Positions 27,629 to 37,353 of a stretch of DNA of 47,792 bases are shown piece by piece. Below the pieces are notes generated by a model. The model made no database searches, was not told where the DNA came from, and worked only from the letters and a program-made list of their open reading frames with translations. A program made the position numbers and the translations under genes. Origin of the DNA: Nitrospirota bacterium (GTDB lineage Bacteria > JACPQY01); assembly GCA_016180645.1 (NCBI GenBank), contig JACPAV010000021.1, positions 62,001 to 109,792 of the forward strand. The letters are read 5' to 3'. Position 1 is the stretch's first letter; each line of letters begins with the position of its first letter.

Positions 27629-28927
27629 CTAATCGTACGCGGCGTTGATGGCAACGTATCGAGGCGAGAGGTCCGTGGTGTACACCACCTTCTCGGCCTT
27701 TCCGAGGCCCAGAGAAACCTCGATTTCAATTTGTGGGCGGCGGACGGCCAGCCGCGCACGGCGGAGATCCGTGGGGCCGGCTGGAAGCCCGCGGATGTAA
27801 AGCGGGATTCCATTCAATCGGATCGTCGTTCGATCCGGGTCAATCGGCGACCGGGTCGATCCGGCGGCGGCGAGAATTCGTCCCCAGTTCGGATCTTGGC
27901 CGTAGAGGGCGGTTTTCACAAGGGGAGACAGAGCGATCGCCCGGCCAACAGCTTCGGCTGAGGTTGCATTCCGGGCCTGAGTGACGCGGATGGCCACGGT
28001 CTTCGTGGCCCCTTCGCCGTCAGAGACGATCTGCAACGCCAGATCCCGGAGCACGCCGCGGATGGCGCCGGACACACGGTCTTTTTCGGAAGGCAAGACC
28101 GGGGCAAGGCCCGACGAAAGAAGGAACACGGAGTCATTCGTGCTCATGTCGCCATCCACCATGATGCTATTGAAGCTTTCTTCGATGGCGCGGGCGAGAA
28201 TGGAGCGAAGTTCGCCGGAAGCGAAGCGGGCGTCCGAGGCGACGAACGCCAGCATGGTCGCACTGGGTGCATGGGTAGGTCTCGCGTTACGCTCGACCTT
28301 CCGGCCCCAAGTGCCGCACCGTCCTTGGCCGGCATGGGGAGGGTAGGGGATGAGGCGTGGGCCGATCATCCCGGCCCCTTTCGCGAAGCCCATCACCGTG
28401 GAGAGGCCGGCCTCCAGGCCGAGGCGGCGGACGGACACTTTCGGCCGCGTGTCGGTGGTCATGATCGCTTTCGAGAAGGCGCTCCATCCCTCAGTGTCCA
28501 GCTTCGAATGAAGCCGGGGCAGCGAGGACTGAATCTTATCAACGGGCAATCGATGGCCGATCACACCGGTGGAGGCCAGAGCAACCGTTCCCGGGCGAAG
28601 GCCCAGTTCCCGCTCGGCCGAACGTGCGATCGCCGAGCAGTCGTCGACTCCCTTTCTTCCCGTCGCGGCATTCGCATTGCCGCTGTTCACGAGGACGGCA
28701 TGGATCCGGCGGGGATCCAGGTGTCGCTCGTTCCACAGGATGTGCGCGGCCTTCACGTGATTGGAGGTATAGGCAACCGCGTAGGCGCAGGGAAGGGGTG
28801 ACCACAGGAGGGCCAGGTCGGGGCGTCCATTCCGCTTGATCCCGGCCGAGATTCCCGCGAATCGGAAGGGTTTTGGAGGGGGTCCGAGCTTAGCGGCCAC
28901 GAGTGATCGCTTCCGCGAAATAGGCAA
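27629..28927 (-). CDS. argJ: Ornithine acetyltransferase/N-acetylglutamate synthase, with a ~30-aa insertion
   Basis: NSGNANAATG, STGVIG, IMTTDT, AKGAGMI...ATML, DGDMSTND, DGEGATK, DPNWGRI. Start is TTG 28927 or GTG 28900. Confidence 0.95.
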   Translation of the reverse strand: MPISRKRSLVAAKLGPPPKPFRFAGISAGIKRNGRPDLALLWSPLPCAYAVAYTSNHVKAAHILWNERHLDPRRIHAVLVNSGNANAATGRKGVDDCSAIARSAERELGLRPGTVALASTGVIGHRLPVDKIQSSLPRLHSKLDTEGWSAFSKAIMTTDTRPKVSVRRLGLEAGLSTVMGFAKGAGMIGPRLIPYPPHAGQGRCGTWGRKVERNARPTHAPSATMLAFVASDARFASGELRSILARAIEESFNSIMVDGDMSTNDSVFLLSSGLAPVLPSEKDRVSGAIRGVLRDLALQIVSDGEGATKTVAIRVTQARNATSAEAVGRAIALSPLVKTALYGQDPNWGRILAAAGSTRSPIDPDRTTIRLNGIPLYIRGLPAGPTDLRRARLAVRRPQIEIEVSLGLGKAEKVVYTTDLSPRYVAINAAYD

Positions 28928-29258
28928 CGATCCGGTGCTCTTCGACCGGCGTGAGTTCCACCGGCGGCATAAAGGCCTCCGGGTTGAACCGCCGCGGGGT
29001 TCGCGTGTAGGACCGGAGCCATCGTTCGCCCTTCAGGTGGAACACCTCATGGAGCGGAGGTCCGGACATGGGTGAGCCGCCTTGGTGGCAGGTGGAGCAT
29101 TTCCGGAGGTAGACGACCTCTCCCTTTTCGGCTTCCGTGGCGTTCTCCGGCAGGATCATGAGGATGTCTTTCAGGCGCTTTCCGCGAATTGTCTTGAGCA
29201 ACGCGCCGGTGAGGATCATGGAGAAGATGATGAGAAGGATGAGCGTGGGACGTTTCAT
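28890..29258 (-). CDS. Membrane-anchored monoheme cytochrome c
   Basis: N-terminal TM/signal segment, CSTCH heme motif, GPPL, distal FMPP methionine. Confidence 0.88.
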   Translation of the reverse strand: MKRPTLILLIIFSMILTGALLKTIRGKRLKDILMILPENATEAEKGEVVYLRKCSTCHQGGSPMSGPPLHEVFHLKGERWLRSYTRTPRRFNPEAFMPPVELTPVEEHRIVAYFAEAITRGR

Positions 29259-29279
29259 TTCCCAGCCGTCCCCGGCGCA

Positions 29280-30743
29280 CTACACGTGAAGCAGGTAGTC
29301 CACAAGGAGGCGGACGCCGAATCCGGTCCCTCCCTTGGGGCAGTAGGGAAGCTCCTTTTCAGTGAACGCCGGACCGGCGATATCGATATGCGCCCAAGGG
29401 ACGCTTCCTACGAATTCTTTCAGAAAAAGCGCGGCGGTGATCGAACCGGCGTAGCGTTCTCCGGCATTCTTCATGTCGGCGATGTCGCTTTTCAGCAAGT
29501 CCTTGTAGTCATCTTCCATCGGCATGGCCCAGAGTTTGTCCCCCGTTCGATTTGAGGAGGCGGAGAGACCCTGGATCAATTTTTCGTCGTTCCCGAACAG
29601 TCCGGCGATGCGTTCGCCCAGGGCGACCACACAGGCGCCCGTGAGCGTGGCGAGATCGATCATGGCTTTGGGCTTGGCCTGCGCGGCATGGTAGAGGACG
29701 TCCGCCAGCGTCAATCGCCCCTCCGCGTCCGTATTGTTCACTTCAATCGTCTTGCCGGACATGGTGACGAGGACGTCTCCCGGCTTGTACGCATTTCCGC
29801 CGGGCATGTTTTCGGTGGCTGCAATGTAGCCGCGAACCTCCACCTCCGGCTTGAGCTCCTTCAACACCCGGAACGTACCGATGACCGCCGCAGCTCCCGA
29901 CATGTCGGATTTCATCGTCTCCATCGATTTGGCCGGCTTCAGCGACAGGCCGCCGGAATCGAACGTGATTCCTTTCCCGATGAGCGCGATCGGACCCTTC
30001 GGAGACTTTGTCCGTGGCTTGTAGCGGAGCTCGATGAATCGGGGGGGACGGTGGCTCCCGCGCGCCACGCCCATGACACCGCCCATCTTCATTCTCTGAA
30101 TCCATTTCTCGTCATGGACCATGACTTCGACTCCCGGAGTCAGCGACTGGGCGGCGCGCGCGAGATCTTCGGGAGTCATCGTGCTGGCCGGCTCGTTGAT
30201 CAAGGTCCGCGCCGCATTGACCGCCTCCGCCAAGACCTGCGCCTTCGAGGCCAATTCGGCTTCCCGACGTCCCAGCCGATGCGAGGTGACGAGATACGCG
30301 GCCGCGAGTTCCGAGGCCTCTTCGTCTTTCAGATATCGATCATACCGGTACAGTGCGAGCGAGACGGCTTCCCCGAGAGCGAGGAGGGCATTTTCGGTAT
30401 CGGCCAGTACGGCGTGATCCGCGGGGATGAGCAGAAGCTCCTTTGCTTTCATCTCGCGACTCCGGCGGGCCGCGCGGGCGGCGGCTTGGCGCCATTTTTC
30501 GAGATCGAAAGCACTGCGCTTTCCGAGTCCCGCCACGAGAATTCGTCCTCCGCCCGTGTGGATCAGGACGGATTTCCCCTCCTTGCCTTTGAATTGTTCG
30601 AGACCGAGAATCTTCTGGATTTCGCCGTGGAATCGATCGGCCAGCAACCCCCAGGCAGGGGACTTGTCCTCTTCGAACTGGAACAGGCAGATCAGAGCCT
30701 CGCTTTTCGGGGCTACCTTCGCGCTCCAGATCCCGATCTTCAT
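29280..30743 (-). CDS. pepA: Leucyl aminopeptidase (M17)
   Basis: GKGITFDSGG, MKSDMSGAA, NTDAEGRL, DLATLTGA, WAHIDIAG. Confidence 0.96.
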   Translation of the reverse strand: MKIGIWSAKVAPKSEALICLFQFEEDKSPAWGLLADRFHGEIQKILGLEQFKGKEGKSVLIHTGGGRILVAGLGKRSAFDLEKWRQAAARAARRSREMKAKELLLIPADHAVLADTENALLALGEAVSLALYRYDRYLKDEEASELAAAYLVTSHRLGRREAELASKAQVLAEAVNAARTLINEPASTMTPEDLARAAQSLTPGVEVMVHDEKWIQRMKMGGVMGVARGSHRPPRFIELRYKPRTKSPKGPIALIGKGITFDSGGLSLKPAKSMETMKSDMSGAAAVIGTFRVLKELKPEVEVRGYIAATENMPGGNAYKPGDVLVTMSGKTIEVNNTDAEGRLTLADVLYHAAQAKPKAMIDLATLTGACVVALGERIAGLFGNDEKLIQGLSASSNRTGDKLWAMPMEDDYKDLLKSDIADMKNAGERYAGSITAALFLKEFVGSVPWAHIDIAGPAFTEKELPYCPKGGTGFGVRLLVDYLLHV

Positions 30744-30789
30744 AAGGAAAGGATTCTACGCAGGATCATGCGATGAATGCAATCGCTGG

Positions 30790-30823
30790 AAAAAAAGGAG
30801 GCCGCCCACGCGGACGGCCTCCC
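30790..30823 (-). terminator. Intrinsic terminator of the giant lipoprotein gene
   Basis: GGAGGCCGTCC-GCGT-GGGCGGCCTCC followed by T7 on the minus strand. Confidence 0.9.
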
Positions 30824-30841
30824 CACGTCTCCCTTGATTTG

Positions 30842-33800
30842 CTACTTGCAGGAATCGGGTCCGGACAGCTTGCCGCCCCGCGAGCCACCCTGTTTGTCGT
30901 AGATGGCAATGGAGCCGTCTTTGCAGAAGGCGAGCTCGAGGTCCGCTGTACCGCCGCCCGATTTGCTGGCCACGAGTGTTCCGACGCCCACTTCATTCTT
31001 GGAGTTGGCTTCATCGGTAAACACGATGGTGCCGGTATCCTTCGACCCGTCCGGTTTGACGATGTTGACCGTCATTTCGGACCCCTTGTCGGTTCGGACC
31101 TGGCTGAAACCGGTTTTGTTCCCGGCCTCGTCCGTGGTTTCGCCGGACACATTGCGCCAGCCTTTGGGATCGATGGAGAGGAGGACGTCGAGCTTCTTGC
31201 CGCCGGTGGTCACCTGCATCTTGCCGTCGCCCGTGTTTCCTTTCTCGTCCGGCGGATGCATTTTCAGGTCGGCCTTGGCCGCCACTTGCACGCCGAAGGC
31301 ATCGAGGGACATGTCGAACTTGATCCGGGGCGTCTTGGTGTCCGCTCCGGTCACTTCGAAGGTGATCGAGCCGCCGGGCAGCGGGATGCTGCCTTTGGCT
31401 TCCGATCCGCCGTTCGAGAGTTCGAGCCCCTGGACCTTCGCAAAGGCGCTGCCCTCCGAGAGGATTGGGGCGACATCGCACTTCTTGGGATCCGTAGCGA
31501 ACTGGCTGTCTCGCGGTTCCTGGCGCGTGGTGCCGTCCGGTGCCACAAAGGTGACGAGCGTCTGGCTCACGCCGGAGAGGCTCTCGCCGCAGTTCTGGAG
31601 CACGGGGTCCGAGTCCGCCAAGTTGTTGGACCAGATGCCCTGGAGGATCGATGTACCCGTCTCGGCCGTGGCAATTTCCGATTTCGCGTCCGGTGGAACC
31701 GGGTAAGTTGTCGTCCCGCTTTCCTTGCTGTACCACGCGCCGGTATCGTCCACGTCCGTATTCGGATTCCCGGGCCTGTCGATGGCGCAGTACTCGAAAG
31801 TTCCGGTGGTCGAACCGGAACCGGGGTACTGCTCAAAGAAAGTTCCCGCGATCTTGTCCTGGGTGGGGACATGGGTTCCGTTCGGTCCCAAGGGGCACTT
31901 CAAGTCGTCTCTACCCTTGAATGTGCGGACTTCATAGCCTTTCTTGGCATCGGAGAAGTCGAGCATGGAGAGATCAACTTCCGAGGTGTCCTTTTTGAGC
32001 AGGCCCGAACCGGCCGCCATGTTGGTTTCCGAGGTGATGCGGATCTCGGTCTCCTGAGTCAATTGGGCCGTTTCGGTAGGTGCGCCTTCCGTACCTGCCG
32101 GAGCGAACGTATCGGTTGAACCGGCGCTCAGCTTGGGGTACTGGTGGATCGTCATGGAAACGATGGTCTTCGCCATCGCATCGTTTTGGAGCGCTCCGGC
32201 GCCTTCCATGTCGGCCGTCTTGGCTTTTCCGACCATTCCGATCAGGGCCTCGACGTCGGCCGGCTGGAACGCCTTGGCGCCGACGCGCTTGCCCTCGATC
32301 ACGAAGCTGCGCGTGGTTTCCTTCGACCCGTCCGCGAAAGTGAGGGTGGAATTGATGTTGGCCTCACCGCCGACCGGCGTCCATGCGTCCTTTACGCATT
32401 GCTTACATACGTAGGAACTGCCGCTCAGCTTGCAGTTGGCCATCATGTCGAGCCGCGGAGGCTCCCATGGGTATTTGACGCACCGCTGACCCGAGACGGA
32501 GGCTGCCTGGAGTTTCGGTGTGGCCAGCGGTCCGGCCCCCGGAGCAGGGGGAACAGGTCCCCCGAACGGTGGACCGGCCACCGGGGTCAATCCGCCTGCG
32601 AAGCAGTCCTCGCATTCATAAATGGTCTTGGTCACGCTTCCGCAGGCCTTGCAGGAGTCGTTTCCGCAATTGGGTACAGCCGGCCCTGGACCGGCGAATC
32701 CACCGGGACCACCGGGGAATCCCCCTGGCGGCGGAGCGGCTTGTGCGGTGCAGATGAACTTCTCCTTGCACTCGACTACGGATTTGGAGGTCTCCTTCGT
32801 ACACTTCACGCCGGGGGGTGGGTTCGTGCACGCGGATCCCGATACCGGGGGACCGAAGGAGGCGGGACCGGCCAGACACGGGTTGGTGGCCGAGTTGCAG
32901 GTGAAACTCGCCGTGCAGGTGTACGGGGCCTTTACTCCGCCTCCCGCCATGCAATCGCCCGGGCAGGAGAAGGAGGTTTCATTCGGATCGCAGATGGCGT
33001 TCATGTTGCAGGATGTGCCGATGGAGGCGCAATCCGGGCAGGAGAACGGCGATTCGTTCGAGTCGCAGAACTTGTTGAAGTTGCAACCGCCGCCGGTGGC
33101 CGCGCAGATGGAGACGCCCGCGCAATCGGGGTCGATGCAATCCGGTCCGGAGTTGCAGTCGTTGTCGATGCCGTCCGAACAGTAGCCCGCCTCACTGGTG
33201 ATACCCGCCGGCTGGGGCATGCAGGTCGCCGTTCCACCGCTGGGGGGTGGAGCTGACGAGCTCTTGCACTGGGCGACATTATAGTCCCAGAAGCAACCAT
33301 AGCTTGTGTTGCAGGTGGGTTCCGTGACCATGGTCGAGCAGCCGCTGGCCGTACCTTGGCAGTCAGGATCGCCGCCGTCCGTGTACGGATCGCAATCGTT
33401 GTTGATGCCGTCGTTGCAGTAGCCCGCTTCGCTGGTTGCCGCCGCGGGCTGAGGCGTGCAGCCGCTTGCGGTGCCGCTTCCGCAGGTGTTGTTCGAGTAA
33501 TTCCAGACGCAGGGTGCAAAGCAGGTGGGTTGAGTCACCGCGCTGGCGCAGTTGGTTCCGCCTCCACCGCCGCAATTGGACGCGCCCGCGCAGTCGGGGT
33601 CCTGGCAATCGACGTAGGCATCGCAATCGTTGTTGATGCCATCGCTACAATAGTAGATACCCGTCCAGTATTCGCTGGTTGCGTCGGCGGGCTGTTTCAC
33701 GCAGCCGCCGCCTCCACCCCCGTCCCCGCAGGTGTTGCCATTCCAAACGCAGGGGGCCATGCAGGTGGCCATGGTGACGAAGCTGGAGCAGCCGGTGCTG

Positions 33801-35662
33801 CCGGCAACGCACTGATTGGTACTGTTGCACGTGTAGCCGGAGGCGCATGATGGGCAGGTCAGGTATCCCCCGCATCCATCGGACACCGTTCCGCACTTGC
33901 CAGGGCACTCCGTCGAAACCGTTTTCACCGTACACGTACTGCTGGTTCCGCACGTGTTGCCGTTCCAGACGCAGGGCGCCATGCAGGTGGCCATGGTGAC
34001 GAAGCTGGAGCACGAGCTGCCGGAGGGGCAATCACCAGGGCAGTTGGCATTGCTTTCCGGGGGGTTCTTGCTGCTTTCGCAGGTGCCGTTGTTGCAGGTG
34101 TAACAGTTGTCGTTCGGGCAGGCGACCGCCGTTTCGCCGGCGCTAATATCGCAGTAGTTGTTTGCGTTGCAGCTGACTCCGCCGCAGGCCGAGGTTTGGC
34201 ATGCGTTGTTGCACCAGTAGCAAGGTGACGTACAGGTGGCGGAGGTCGTGTAGCTGGAGCACGCGACCGGGCAGGATCCGTACGTTTTGCAATTCTGACC
34301 GAAGGCCGCGCCCGCGTCCCAGCAGCAGGAATTCGTCGGGCAGTTTCCCACGGCCGTGTTGACTTTGCAGCAGTCGCCAGGGCAGGAGGAGGCCGTTTCA
34401 CTCCCCGCGCAGGTTCCGTTCCCGCAAACTTCGCCCCCGCCGCAGGCTGTGCTTTGGCAAAGGTTGGTATCGGTACACCAGTTGCAGGGTGCGAAACAGG
34501 TCGGTTGGGTGACGGCGTTGGAGCATGAGCTGCCGCAATCGGAGGAGCAGTTCGAGCTGGTTTCCGGAGGGTTCTTGCTGCTCTCGCACGAGCCGTTGCC
34601 GCAGGTGAAGCAGTTGTCGTTCGGGCATGCCGCGGCCGTCTCGCCGGGGTCGCAGTAGTTGTTCGCGTTGCACGTTGAGCCGCAGTTGCCGGAATATTCG
34701 CAGGTCATGGTGCTGGACTTCCAGCAACAGGTCGGCTCCGTGATACACATGGCCGACGTGGTGTTCATGTAGCACGGGAGCATTCGCTTGGGCGCTGCCG
34801 CGGACTGCCGGCATGTCCGGCCCGGGTCGGATTGGCATCCATTGAAGTCCCATTGAGGATCGCACGGCATGTCCTGTTTGCAGGTGTAGGCGCCTTCGAT
34901 GTTCTTCGTTTCGCACGTCCGGAAATCGTTGCTCCTGCAACCCTCGAAATCGACCGCGGGATCGCAAGGCAGCCCCACGCTGGTGGAGCACTCGGTCACG
35001 GTCTTTGAAACTTGTTTGCAGTTCGGGGGGGGGGTGGCGGCGACCTCGCTTACGTTGCAGGTTTCCGAACCTTTGGGGTTGATGTCGTACTCGACGACCT
35101 CCGCCATGAGGACGCCATCGTTGACCTTATCCGTGATCTTGACGTGGTAGAGACCGTTCTGGCTGTCGGTCACATCAACCACAAGAGACCCGTCGCTGTG
35201 GCAGTTGTAACTTCCCGGCACGGGGGCTGTGCCCGAGCCATCGGCCAGCGTCAGTCCAGCTAGAGCGGGACAATCCGAGGGATCGGCGGCTTGTTGCCTC
35301 GGTCGCTTGGCGGATCGACCCGGTGCGCCCCGAACGCCGCCCCGCACGCCTCCGCGCACTCCGCCGCGGACTCCCGCGCTGGACTCGTTGCCAAGACTGG
35401 AATTGAGAGAGGAGGCCTGATCGGTGACTTGGCTCAAAGTGGATACAGAGTTCACCACTTGGCCGGCCTGCTCAATGCTGCCTTTGACGGCAGAGGTGGT
35501 GTTGGCCACGGCGGCGACGTCTGCGCCCGTGGTGGTGGCGGCTTGTGTGCTGGCGGCCAATTGCTTCTGGAGGTCCCCCAGGAAATTACTCTTGCCGCAA
35601 GCGCCGAGCGCCGAGGCGAGGAACACTCCATAGACAAACAGACGAGATTGTCTGATCTTCAT
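30842..35662 (-). CDS. Giant Cys-rich modular surface lipoprotein (1606 aa)
   Basis: LGAC lipobox (Cys22), GGAGGT SD, more than 100 Cys by manual count, several repeated disulfide-like modules including 3x YC.DGI.NDC, and a Cys-poor C-terminal domain. Confidence 0.9.
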   Translation of the reverse strand: MKIRQSRLFVYGVFLASALGACGKSNFLGDLQKQLAASTQAATTTGADVAAVANTTSAVKGSIEQAGQVVNSVSTLSQVTDQASSLNSSLGNESSAGVRGGVRGGVRGGVRGAPGRSAKRPRQQAADPSDCPALAGLTLADGSGTAPVPGSYNCHSDGSLVVDVTDSQNGLYHVKITDKVNDGVLMAEVVEYDINPKGSETCNVSEVAATPPPNCKQVSKTVTECSTSVGLPCDPAVDFEGCRSNDFRTCETKNIEGAYTCKQDMPCDPQWDFNGCQSDPGRTCRQSAAAPKRMLPCYMNTTSAMCITEPTCCWKSSTMTCEYSGNCGSTCNANNYCDPGETAAACPNDNCFTCGNGSCESSKNPPETSSNCSSDCGSSCSNAVTQPTCFAPCNWCTDTNLCQSTACGGGEVCGNGTCAGSETASSCPGDCCKVNTAVGNCPTNSCCWDAGAAFGQNCKTYGSCPVACSSYTTSATCTSPCYWCNNACQTSACGGVSCNANNYCDISAGETAVACPNDNCYTCNNGTCESSKNPPESNANCPGDCPSGSSCSSFVTMATCMAPCVWNGNTCGTSSTCTVKTVSTECPGKCGTVSDGCGGYLTCPSCASGYTCNSTNQCVAGSTGCSSFVTMATCMAPCVWNGNTCGDGGGGGGCVKQPADATSEYWTGIYYCSDGINNDCDAYVDCQDPDCAGASNCGGGGGTNCASAVTQPTCFAPCVWNYSNNTCGSGTASGCTPQPAAATSEAGYCNDGINNDCDPYTDGGDPDCQGTASGCSTMVTEPTCNTSYGCFWDYNVAQCKSSSAPPPSGGTATCMPQPAGITSEAGYCSDGIDNDCNSGPDCIDPDCAGVSICAATGGGCNFNKFCDSNESPFSCPDCASIGTSCNMNAICDPNETSFSCPGDCMAGGGVKAPYTCTASFTCNSATNPCLAGPASFGPPVSGSACTNPPPGVKCTKETSKSVVECKEKFICTAQAAPPPGGFPGGPGGFAGPGPAVPNCGNDSCKACGSVTKTIYECEDCFAGGLTPVAGPPFGGPVPPAPGAGPLATPKLQAASVSGQRCVKYPWEPPRLDMMANCKLSGSSYVCKQCVKDAWTPVGGEANINSTLTFADGSKETTRSFVIEGKRVGAKAFQPADVEALIGMVGKAKTADMEGAGALQNDAMAKTIVSMTIHQYPKLSAGSTDTFAPAGTEGAPTETAQLTQETEIRITSETNMAAGSGLLKKDTSEVDLSMLDFSDAKKGYEVRTFKGRDDLKCPLGPNGTHVPTQDKIAGTFFEQYPGSGSTTGTFEYCAIDRPGNPNTDVDDTGAWYSKESGTTTYPVPPDAKSEIATAETGTSILQGIWSNNLADSDPVLQNCGESLSGVSQTLVTFVAPDGTTRQEPRDSQFATDPKKCDVAPILSEGSAFAKVQGLELSNGGSEAKGSIPLPGGSITFEVTGADTKTPRIKFDMSLDAFGVQVAAKADLKMHPPDEKGNTGDGKMQVTTGGKKLDVLLSIDPKGWRNVSGETTDEAGNKTGFSQVRTDKGSEMTVNIVKPDGSKDTGTIVFTDEANSKNEVGVGTLVASKSGGGTADLELAFCKDGSIAIYDKQGGSRGGKLSGPDSCK

Positions 35663-35763
35663 AAACCACCTCCCGAAAACTTAAAGCTGATCGTGACGGT
35701 CAACATCTAATCCCAACAAAAACAATTCATGCGACGTTTTTAGCACACCCCCAAAATGATGTC

Positions 35764-35779
35764 TGTGACTTATATCACG
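35764..35779. promoter_or_regulatory. CRP/FNR-family-like box
   Basis: TGTGA-cttata-TCACG is one mismatch from TGTGA-N6-TCACA, in the AT-rich region about 100 nt upstream of the giant gene. Confidence 0.45.
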
Positions 35780-35841
35780 TGGGGCGGGGGAGTCAAACGA
35801 GGGGTTGGCTCATGAGATGGCTTCTGGCCGGGCCAAGAGAC

Positions 35842-36708
35842 TTACTCCTTCGGGCTCCAGGACAAGCGAAAACTGACCTGGGGTCCGCTGAGGTCGATTC
35901 GGCTCGAAGATGCCTGGAAAACATCGGGGGGCCGTCCGTATCGGGGGGACAGGAACACGTACATGACGGAGAATGCGCCGGACCAGGGCCCATCCAGCGC
36001 CTGTGCAAACGTAGCCCCCGCTCCCCACATCAATGAGGTATCGAAAGATCCGGGCAGCGTTTCCCGAGTGTTGAAGGCCGCTCCCGCCTCCACGGCGAGC
36101 GAAACGGAGGAAGGAGTCTCCTCCCAGATGCGTCCCTCGATGCGAGCGGCAGGTCCGAGAAACGAGTGGTCTCCCGCGGCGTAGGCGAATCCCTCAGCCT
36201 GAAGATCGAGCCAGGGTCCGATGGGGTGGGGCAGACCTACCCCCAGGGTACCGCGGATGAGAGGAGCGGCGCGCGTGGTTTGTTGTCGACCGCCCAGGGA
36301 GGCGACGTTCAGATCCTTCCCGAACAGCGGAGATAGAAACCCCACGTCGGCGATCAAGCGCCAGGGTGTCAGCTTGGGGGGGGGAGGCGCGTCATTCGCG
36401 AGGGAGGCGCCTTGACCGAGCACGGCAATCAGGTCGAACGGGCCTTCCCAGAGGAGGGGACGGACTTCGGCGTTTCGCATGAGTTCGGCGATTCGCTTCG
36501 CGCCGGCCGGGTCGCGAGCGTAAACAAGCGCGCCGATGGGGGTCACCCTGTTCCACCGTTCGACGCTCACTTCGTAGCCCTCCTGCCTAAGCCATTGGGT
36601 GAAGAGGGAGATCATGGCCGGGGGAGATCCGCCATCCACGATTTTCGCGATGGGGCGGGGGGTGGCGAGCACTTGGAGCAGAAGCGTCAAGCCAATCCAG
36701 TATCCCAT
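35842..36708 (-). CDS. Exported protein: LytR_C-like N-terminal domain, Pro linker, probable beta-barrel
   Basis: Signal peptide; ...AKRIAELM...WEGPFDLIAVLG resembles LytR_C; PPPP linker; amphipathic strands ending FRLSW. Confidence 0.65.
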   Translation of the reverse strand: MGYWIGLTLLLQVLATPRPIAKIVDGGSPPAMISLFTQWLRQEGYEVSVERWNRVTPIGALVYARDPAGAKRIAELMRNAEVRPLLWEGPFDLIAVLGQGASLANDAPPPPKLTPWRLIADVGFLSPLFGKDLNVASLGGRQQTTRAAPLIRGTLGVGLPHPIGPWLDLQAEGFAYAAGDHSFLGPAARIEGRIWEETPSSVSLAVEAGAAFNTRETLPGSFDTSLMWGAGATFAQALDGPWSGAFSVMYVFLSPRYGRPPDVFQASSSRIDLSGPQVSFRLSWSPKE

Positions 36709-36801
36709 CCGGGGAGGCTATTACAGTTGCGGAGTTGGGGCAATGCCGCGCCGGGGTTCCGGGGAGTTGGCAAGGTCCGCGCTTCTCATTATGATAGGGA
36801 C

Positions 36802-37206
36802 ATGCCTATTTACGAATACCAGTGCTTGAAATGTCGGAAGAGGAGCACCGTTTTGACCCTTCGGGTTTCCGAGAAAGTGGATCCCGTGTGCGAGCATTGC
36901 GGGAGCAAGGAGATGAAGCGCCTGATTTCCCGGGTGCGCGTGGTGCGATCGGAGGAGAGCCGGATGGAAAGAATGGCCGATCCGTCGTCCCTGGCGGGGT
37001 TGGATGAGAAGGATCCGCGCAGCATGGTGCAATGGATGAAGAAGATGGGCCAGGAGATGGGCGACGACATGGGGGAGGACTACGAGCAGATGGTGGAGGA
37101 GGCGGAGGTCGAGGCCGAAAAGGAAGCGAAGGGGGAGGTGGAGAAATCGGAGGAGGGGGGAACGGCGGATTCGTCGCCGACGGGGGATTCGAGCGGAGAT
37201 GAATAA
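36802..37206 (+). CDS. FmdB-family zinc-ribbon protein with acidic tail
   Basis: MPIYEYQCLKC...CEHCGS...RLIS. Confidence 0.9.
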   Translation: MPIYEYQCLKCRKRSTVLTLRVSEKVDPVCEHCGSKEMKRLISRVRVVRSEESRMERMADPSSLAGLDEKDPRSMVQWMKKMGQEMGDDMGEDYEQMVEEAEVEAEKEAKGEVEKSEEGGTADSSPTGDSSGDE

Positions 37207-37351
37207 GAGCCTCTAACGGAATGCGTAGGGGAGGGTCTTCAGACCCTCCCGACAAGAGGGAGCAAGTAGGGGAGGGTCTTCAGACCCTCCCAACAAGAGG
37301 GAGCATCTGAAGATGCTCCCCTACGAATCGGCACTCTGTTAGAGGCGCTAA
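37204..37351. repeat. Composite GTAG-type REP element (copy B) with terminal inverted repeats
   Basis: AGAGCCTCTAACGGAATGC ... GCACTCTGTTAGAGGCGCT enclose two GTAGGGGAGGGTCTTCAGACCCTCCC units and GGGAGCATCTGAAGATGCTCCCCTAC. Lies between convergent genes. Confidence 0.9.
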
Positions 37352-37353
37352 CT

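Noticed and set aside
30842-35662. Multiheme cytochrome
   Set aside because: Many Cys, but no CxxCH motifs.
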